A stretch of 64,000 bases of DNA. Source: a virus (Duplodnaviria; Caudoviricetes). Shown piece after piece: positions 49,401 to 58,400 of this stretch (positions are counted from its first letter, which is position 1; each line of letters opens with the position of its first letter). The translations under genes were made by a program, and so were the position numbers. The stretch is from positions 1-64,000 of the IMG/VR virus record IMGVR_UViG_3300044712_000786, one strand, 5' to 3'. A model generated the notes under the pieces. It searched no databases. It was not told the origin of the DNA and saw only the letters and a program-made list of their open reading frames with translations.

Positions 49401-52400
49401 GAAGCGCCGAAAATGATTCGCAAAGGGATTAAGAAAATATTAGGATTAAAATCTAGCGGATTTATTCCTAACTTTGGACCCATCAAAGACCCCTATAAGG
49501 TAAATCCTATTTATCATGTACTAGAGACGATTAGAAAATCAAGTGGCAGCGATTATCAAAATAATTGGGGTGAGCCCATAAACTACGATGAGAGACAAGA
49601 AGAGAATAAAAGACTAATAGCTTCTGTAAAATCTATCGGTTTTGCAGGCTACGGAATCAAAAGTGATAATAAAGATTACCAAATTGGTTCTATGTTTGCC
49701 CCTTATGCTATAACTACTGGATATGAAGAAAAGGAGGTGGCTAAATACATCCCCATGGATAAACTGAAGGCGGCTGGGCTATCCGAAAGACGTATTTATA
49801 AAATGCTCTTTAAAGGAGATAGACTGAGTTCTCGTTTCCAGCAGTATAACGACCCCTTTTCTATCGAATCCTCTCAGGCAAAAATACGCAGAGCCAAAGA
49901 GGGTATCGCCGTTAAAAAAGCCTCTGGAAATACTATAAACCTAAATGCTGCAACATATCTAGCTAGCCGAATGAAGGAAAATAGTCAAGATAAGTGGGCT
50001 CAGCAAAACGCTATTAGCGAAGCTCTTAACACTATAGTTCCTTATCCAGAGCTACAATCTGAGAAACAGGAAGGAAAGGTAGTTAAACAATATCTTAGTT
50101 CAGGCGACAATAAATATAAGCGCGGTTCCCTTAAGGAAACCAAAGAAAAGCTTATGCAATATTTTGGAATCAAAGTAAACAAAACAGACGCCGCAGGAAT
50201 GTTATCTGAGAAACGTCTACTAAGAAGTTTAGGTTTGGCTTCTCGTGGAAGCCCAACTTTAGCAGAGGACAGGGGGCTAGAGCTTAATGACTATAAAAAT
50301 AATCAACAAAGACGTATAACGGTCTCTTCTAAAATAGGTCAATATAGAAAAGAGTTAGAAATAGCTTCTTTAGTTGATAATCCTATATCTCCCGCGATGT
50401 CTTTAGATGACTATAGGCGTTATATTTTAACGCACGGCGCTACTCCAACTACCCCATTTTCGAGGGTAATTACTCAGTTACAAAGGGCGTCTGCTAAGGA
50501 GGACAAGGGGGATAGAAAAACTAATCTAGAATATGCATTACGAAGTATAGCGGGGGGAAGTGTATCATCCACTGCCACAATTAGAAATTTGCCGCGCCTA
50601 AATAAAATATTTCCAGAATTGAAATTGACAAATAAAGAAATTATTAGAGCTTTCAAAAATTCCACTTATGGAAAAATATTCCGACCCGCAGAACAAAAAC
50701 CGTCTATTTTAGGTCAAACGATGGAGTCCCTTAAGGCATTTAAAGGCTTTAGGTCAACTCAAGCAAAGGCTAGATTAGGTAGAGGGGAAGTAAAAGGCGT
50801 TACTCAAGATATGTTCAATTCGGATATAACCCCTTATGCATCATTCTCTATTATTCAAAGGGAAACCCCTAAAAATATACAAGATATCTTATTTAATCTA
50901 GAAAAATCATTTGCCGACAGAGTCAGTCAATCCAAGCTGCTATTTAGAGGCTCTAGTATAATTGAGCCAATGCTAGTTAATCTATTAGGTTCATTTACTT
51001 CTCTAGGAGGTAGGACAGACGAAAAAAGAATAAGGTCTTATCTTACTTCTTCTATTGTAAAATCCGCTAGTTACGGACTTAGCTCTCCGATAGGGGATAA
51101 AAAAGGCGTAGTAAGCATTTATTCTCGACCAATATTGGAAAATTTAGGACTGCTTCAATCTGGTTTAGTTCCTAGTAATGAACAAGCTAATTCTGTTGTT
51201 GCAGAAAGGCTACATAGAAAAGCTTTAATGGGGGTATTAAATCTAGAGAATGGCAGACTGCTTAAGCCAAAAGACTTCATGTCTTCAGTAAGAGATATAG
51301 AAATACCAGAAGAACTGATTCAATTTAATAGGGGACTAAACGAGTTAGCTTCTGGCTCTATTATAAATCGAGCAAGTCCTAAAATAACCTCCACTCCGAT
51401 GGGCGGGGTTATGAACCTATATCGAAAAGTAGAAACAAGTGGAATGACGCCAAGACAAAAAGATTTTAGAGGGCCTAAAACACCGCTGCCTTTCGAAGAT
51501 ATAAAGGGCTGGGATAGCGAGCGAATGGTTAAATACCTACGAAGTTCTCTAGGTGATACTGAAAGGGGAGTAGCTCCATTTGGTTCAGAACATTCTTCTT
51601 ATTTCGATTTAAGATACATGTCTTTTACTGATAGGAAGATGAGAAAAGATATTGCAGAAGGTAGAGTTAGTCTTCAAGATTACTCTTCTATTATTTTCCA
51701 AAGAAAAGTTCCCGTTCAGGAACTTGTAACCCCAGAAAACTTGGGCGATATAATGACTTCTGGGGAAGCTACTAAAAAGAAAATATTTGATAGGGGCGTG
51801 TTTTTTGACCTTCCTCGGTTTAGAGATAAGTTCGGAATTAGTGAACATACTTCAGAACGCGAATATCCATTTTTAACAACTGCTCCCGCTGGAAAAGTAT
51901 CTAACTTCGGTAAAATTTTCGGGCTTTCGAGAAGTAAGGGATATGTTCCTAATTTTGCCTATATTCCCGGCATAAGTCAATTAGCTGGAAGACTACTTAC
52001 TAATATAACTCATACCGAAAGCTATGGGTTAAAAGAAAGAATGGATTCCATCAAACAATTAAAACTTAAAGACTATATTGGGGCTCTGGTAAAAGATATA
52101 CCTACCCCCGCTGCATCCCCTAAAGGAGAGGTATGGAATACTTACGATAGGGATATCCTATTCCGTTCGGTCTTTAAATTGCCACATAGAGTTCTAATGC
52201 CCGAAAATCAAGACTTTCTTAAGTCTAGAAAATTAGTTAAAACTTCTGATAGTACATATAGGTTGACTAACAAAGGACGCATACTAAGTAATGCTTTACA
52301 AAGTCTATCTCAAGGCAAGTATGCTCCACAACCTAATAACCCCAACGAGCTTTATATTCTAGGCCAAAATAAAACTATGGGGGGTTTTGACTTTACGATT

Positions 52401-55400
52401 AACAAAGACCAAAATAAGGTCGGCTATCATGACCTTTGGGATTTCGCCAAAAACCCTTGGGAAAAATTCGATTTCAAAGGCGCGCTAAGTTTTGCTGGCC
52501 AATATGCTAAAAGCGTAGTTAAGAATCGTTCTTTTGGAATGACTGACGAATTAAGGTCTCACCCCTTTGTAGCGGAAGATAACTCGATGTATCGCCAAAG
52601 CCCAGCTTCTATGTTGGCTAGAATGGCAATTAGTCCGTTTGCTAGACCTGTTCGAGTTCAAGACTCTTTCTCCCCTCTAAGTAAAGAGAAAGTAGAAAGA
52701 CTGCAAAAACTCAAGTCCTCTTCTTCATATGGAAGCAAGAGACATAAAGTTTATAATCAAGCTCTAACAGATGATAGCCTAGTAAAGCAACTGCTAGAAC
52801 TAGCAAAAAATCCCCCTCCTTCTGTAGGCATAATGAATAAAGGCTTTGTTCCTAATTTCGTTCTACCCAACAAGGGTTTCTTGGGCTCTCCATTCCCGTT
52901 TGAAGACTTCAGAAAGCTTAAAACGCTTGAAGAGCAATATAAGTTCATTAAAAGCGAGTTTCCTAAAGTGGGGCTAGCTAACCATCCTATTGGCGAGGGC
53001 TCTTCTCGCGCCGTTTATGGTATCGGCGGTAATATGGTATTAAAAATGGTTAAAGATACCAAGCATATTATCGATGGATATAAAAGCCACCCTCTAAACG
53101 AAGCTATTAGACAGAAAGTTTTACTAAAAGGATTTGCTCAAAATCAAACAGAGGGAAGTCAAATGTTTGCTGGCTTCCGAGACATTGTTCCTTATAACTA
53201 TGAAGTAGACGATAGATTCAAATACATCATAGCCGAAAGAGCAGCGGCAATGACCCAAGCAAATGCGGTTAAATTCGGTTATCCATCTGTTTCCGATGCT
53301 CTATATGAGCCCCGCTTCCGTAGGAGACTTACTTCTCTTTATAAAACGGGAGTAATTCCAGATGAAGGTTCTAAAAACTTTGGATTTATAAGGAGAGGGG
53401 GAGAAAATAGACCCGCGTTAATCGACTATGGATTAGACACTCAAACAGCTAAAAATCTATATGGTTTTACTGGGCAGGATTTTATTTCTAAGGGTTTAAT
53501 CCCGAATTTTGCTATAGAGTTTAAGGATAGAAAGCGCATCTATAAGACAGGCTTTGGTGGAGATACAGAGTTTCTAGAAAAGGTTCTATCTAAAATTAGC
53601 CCCGATACATCCTTACTGCAAGCTACTATTCATGGTAGTAGAGACGAATTATTGCAGCGAGTTACCCCAGCGGAATTAGAAGAAATTCTCGCGCTTAAGA
53701 ATATACCTATTAATAAAGACACTATTGCTCATATTAATATAGTAAAAACCCGTTTCGGTAATCTTCCTCATACCTTTGGTATTCAGCAGAAACTTTCTGG
53801 AAGCACGGCCCCCCTTGTGGTTGTTCCTTCGTTCCCAGACCCAGTAATTAACGCTGAAACTGGATTAGGCACTAAAGAAGGTAGGGGAACACTTATTAAT
53901 ACTATCCTAACGAGAAATCCTCGCGGAGAAGGAATAGTTCGCCCATCAGTAGATAGATTTGGACAGATAATGAAGATTCTCCAAGATAAATGGGGTAATA
54001 CTACAGAAGTTATTGGACTAGAAAGAGCTAGGCAGATGTTCGGCCTAAACGCAAAAAGGAAGGCTAGTGGATTCATTCCTAACTTTGCTGACCCGCTTAA
54101 ACTTGCTATAGCTCGCGAAATAGCCGCTGGTGTTCCAGCTAGCTTAATTAAAGTAGAAAATCACGCAAGTCTTAAGAGCGCAAATAATCCATTGGGATTA
54201 GCGGTTACCAATAAAAGAGACGAGCCCAACGGAGTATCCCAAGGTATTTCCCGCGCTATACGCGAGGGAGCTAACCCTAAAACTTATGGTAGCGGTAGGG
54301 TTCCCAACTTTGCTGACCAACCCCGAATTCTAACTGGCTTAAAGGGAATTTTACAGTCTAATCCCGCAACCGATGCTAACTTCAATCAGGGAGTTAGAGA
54401 CGAAATACTAGAAAAAGCTAAGACCCTAGTATTAAAAATGAAAGATAGTCAGGTTCCTATTGGGGAACTCGGGGTTCAAGCAGATAAGGCAGTTAAACAG
54501 TTTACCAAAATGGTAGCTGGTTTGACTAAGTCTCAGGAAATGATTGACTCATTTTCTAAGTCAATTAGTTATTGGAAGAGAGAAAATCAGAAGAACCGCC
54601 CTTCTACTCCGCTGAAGAATCAAGCGGATATTGGGGCTGGATTAGCTGCCCAAAATGCTTTAGAAGCCGAACTTCAAGCAAAAAGACAAGCTCAAGAAGA
54701 AAGAACTCAAAAGAGAAGATTAGATGCTCAAAGTTTCAAAGAAAAGACAATTACATCTACAGTAGGGCGCATTAATCAAGGCGAATTTATTCCTAATATA
54801 AGAAAGCCTATTTTGGCAGATGAAAGAGTAAGCGGAGCCCTGAAAAATCAAGCGATTTCCGTTGTCTCTGATGGAGGATTTGTATTAAGTGGGGATAGGA
54901 AGAAATACTATGACTGGTTAGCGAAGAACGATAAACAAGCCTTCAGGGGCGCTAAACAAATGAGAAACGCTAATCTCCAAAACAGAGCCTTTGGAGTAAG
55001 TTTCGGGGCTTCTATGGTTGGTGGACTAGCTAGCCAATTTATTGGTGACGCTACTCAAGAAAGAAGAGGATATAGTAAAGCTGTCGAAGGTGGGGCTAAC
55101 ACTCTAGCTATGGGAGCATTAGGCTTTCAGGTAGCTGGGCCAGCAGGAGCATTAGCTTTGGGTGCTGTATCGGGATGGGGTGCTGTTACGGATACTATTA
55201 AAGCCTTTAATGACACTCTTCCTGATTTACAAAAGAATCTGGAAGCTGTAACCGAAAGGTCTACAAGGACTTCAGACGCATTTAGTAAGTTCATACAGAC
55301 TAGCGAACAAATCAATAGTATTTTACTAAGTCCTAAACCGGGAGCAGCTAGAGAGTTACAACGCTTACGCACTCAACAATCTTCGGCGCTCGCAGATATT

Positions 55401-58400
55401 CCAGATAGAGACTCATTTGGTAAGTCTGCACGACAAGACCTATTAGACGCATTTAAAACTGGCGACGTAAACAAACAAATCGAAATCTCCGAAAGAGTAG
55501 CTAAGAGAATAGGAACAGAGAAAACCGCTGCCGAATTAGAAACTGGCTTTGCCGAATATCTTGACAAAAATAAGAAGATAAACAGCGAGGGATTTAGCCG
55601 AATTGACAGCTTTGAAAGGACTCTAAGGAGTTCTGTTAATAAGCAGGGATTAACCTTTGACCAATTCTTAGCTACTAATCCCGGCTCCTTAGACTATATT
55701 AAAAGCTCTGGAAGCGCCGAACAAATGGATTCTCGCCTAAGGGAATTAATTAATAAATTCGACCCTAGCTTTAATACTTCGTTTTCTGGAGCATTAAATA
55801 AACTATTTACAGAAGAAGGACCGCTTAAGCAGAACGCATATAAGAGAGTATTTAGCGGAGCTACTAACGAACAATTGGATAGCGAGCGAAAAGCCCTTGA
55901 ATTAATGAATAGAAATCAAGTAGAAAGCGCTAAATATATCGAATCCTTCGGTAATCAAGTTTTCTTAACTAAGGAAAAATTCCGCTCATTTACTGATGAT
56001 ATCGTCGCCTCGATGGAGAGGTTTAATGCTAATCTGCAAGCCGCAAATGAAAGAATAGATATATTCGGTAAGGGTCTAATTGATTTAAATGAACCTTCCT
56101 TGCGCCCCGAGGGACAACTAAATATTAGTCAGGGATTTAGAGATATACAGACAAAAGCGCAAGCCCAATCTCAATTTTCTCTAATTCAGAAACAGTTTGA
56201 ATCTGCTATGAGCGCTGCCCTAACTAAGGCGGAAACCCAAAGGTTCGACGCATTTGAAAAGTTAATGGGCGAAAAAGCTGGTGTTCTAAGTGGCGCTCAA
56301 CAAGTATCTAACGCCGCTTATACCAACGTTCTTTCTGGCGGTGACTTACTACAAAAACTAAACAATATTAATAATAGGACCGAAGTAACGGGTGGATTAT
56401 CTGAGATTAACAAAATTAATCAAGAATCTATCAGAAACACTTTAGAGGAATTTAACAAGATTGCCCGAGAAAAAGATAGCTCTATTACTGCTTTAATAGA
56501 TACTACCGCTAATAAGTTAGCCGCTCTTGATTTAACCAAGACTTTGGAAACTAGCCGCCTTAACTTGAATCAAAAGTTGAATTACGGGGGCGGGTTATCC
56601 GAAATACTAAATGGTAATATCAAAGCCCAGATGGTTCAGCTAGGAACCTCCGCTAATGTAGCTAATACTCTTAGAAACAGCACTGCTCCCGGTGAAGTAG
56701 CTTATCAAAGGGCTGAAATTCTTAAGAAATTCAACGTAGAAGTTCCCGAAAGCCTTAGGAAAGAACTATTTACAGAAAGTAAAAAGAATTTAACTCAAGC
56801 TGGTTTTTCGATTCCCGATGAGGTAATTCAAAAACAAATAGATTCTACATTCCCTAAATCTGACCCAGAGCGAGAAGCTAAAATAATTAAAGCTATGGAG
56901 GAAATGGCTAAACTAAGCCTCGCTGCTGTAAATGAAGAGTCATTAATCAAGCAAACCGAGCTAAGTATTGCTACTCAAACCCAGATTAACACTAAGAATA
57001 TATCTGATGGAATAGCACAAATATTAAAAGATGGATTGAAGGTAAGCGAATCTAAGAACACTAAAGATAGTCCCGCTCCTAGCTCATTTGAAATGCCAAT
57101 GTCTTGGGACATGCCTGCTAATCCGATGCTAAAGTATGATATTGGCTCAGTTTCTAAATCTATTAAATCTAAGGAAGAAGAATTTAAGAAAATAGAAGAT
57201 AATCCTGTAATGACTGTAATGCAGCGCGAAGGATGGTCTCCGTTTGCCGAAGCTAAACCTAAAAAACTTTATACTTTTTCTGATTTAAGGGAGATGGAAA
57301 GACTACAGGGAGAAATTGATAAAGATAAAACGACTCTTGCTAAAATCAAATTAGACGCCGCCAGAAATCAAATCTCTATTCCGTTTGGAATGTCACAAGA
57401 CTGGGAAGATAGCAAACCTAGCAAAATTACCCCTAATATAGGAACAACGAAAGCTAACTTAGGTTATTACGGAGGGATGGCTTATGATTTACCGATGCCG
57501 ATGACCCCTTCTCTGCCAGTCTATAATAACAAGAATATTATTACTCTAGCGGAAATTAAAGCTAAACAAATTAACGCAGCTAACGAAAAGAACTTCGGGG
57601 ATGTTATAAGGGAAGGACCGTTGCCTATTTCAACTACGGACCCAACTGCTCGACCACAAGCTAAAAATACTAGATACGCGGCAGAATTAAGACAGAGAAT
57701 AGAATTAGACGCCGCTACTAAAGATTATATAGCTAGCACGAAAGAATTAACAGAAGCTATGTATGGTGCCGTTGGAGGTTTTACTACCTTTAATGATACC
57801 ATTATCTCTACTCAAAAAACTCTAATTGACTTTGCGGGGTCAGTAAAAGAAGGTTTCCATGACTTAATTGGCTTAGCTATAAGAGGAACGGGCGATATTG
57901 AGGAAAGATTCCGCGAAATGTTCGAGGAAATACTTAATAAAGCCGCAACAAATATGGCTTCTAGCGGACTTGACTTTGTATTTAGCCAAGTTACTAAGGG
58001 TATTGGAGTTGAAAGCCTATTCAAGAATAAGGGCGGTTATATTCCTCGATTCTCTGAGGGTGGAGTAGTAAGAGGGGGTTCGGGAACTAAAGACGATGTT
58101 CTAGCTCAGCTTAGCGGCGGCGAATACGTTATCAATAGGTCCGCTGCTGAAAAAATTGGTTATAAAAACCTAGAAGCAATTAATAAAGGAGGTTCTTCGG
58201 GCGGTCCTTCTAACTGGGACGCTTTTGGGGCTGCTGGTGGAGCCGATTCATTTATTAATCAGCGCTCTAGCGGGATTACCGCTCATTTACAGAATGCTTA
58301 TCGATATAATGACCCTCGTCAGCCAACTGCTGGAGAGGTTGTAGTTGACCCTAGGTTGTCTATCCAAGCTCTAACTGACATGGATAATCCTCAAAGCAGG

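Noticed and set aside
54780-54800. GEFIPNI as a tenth cassette joint
   Set aside because: Imperfect match (extra residue, no terminal Phe) inside the helical TMP region; could be chance or a decayed copy.
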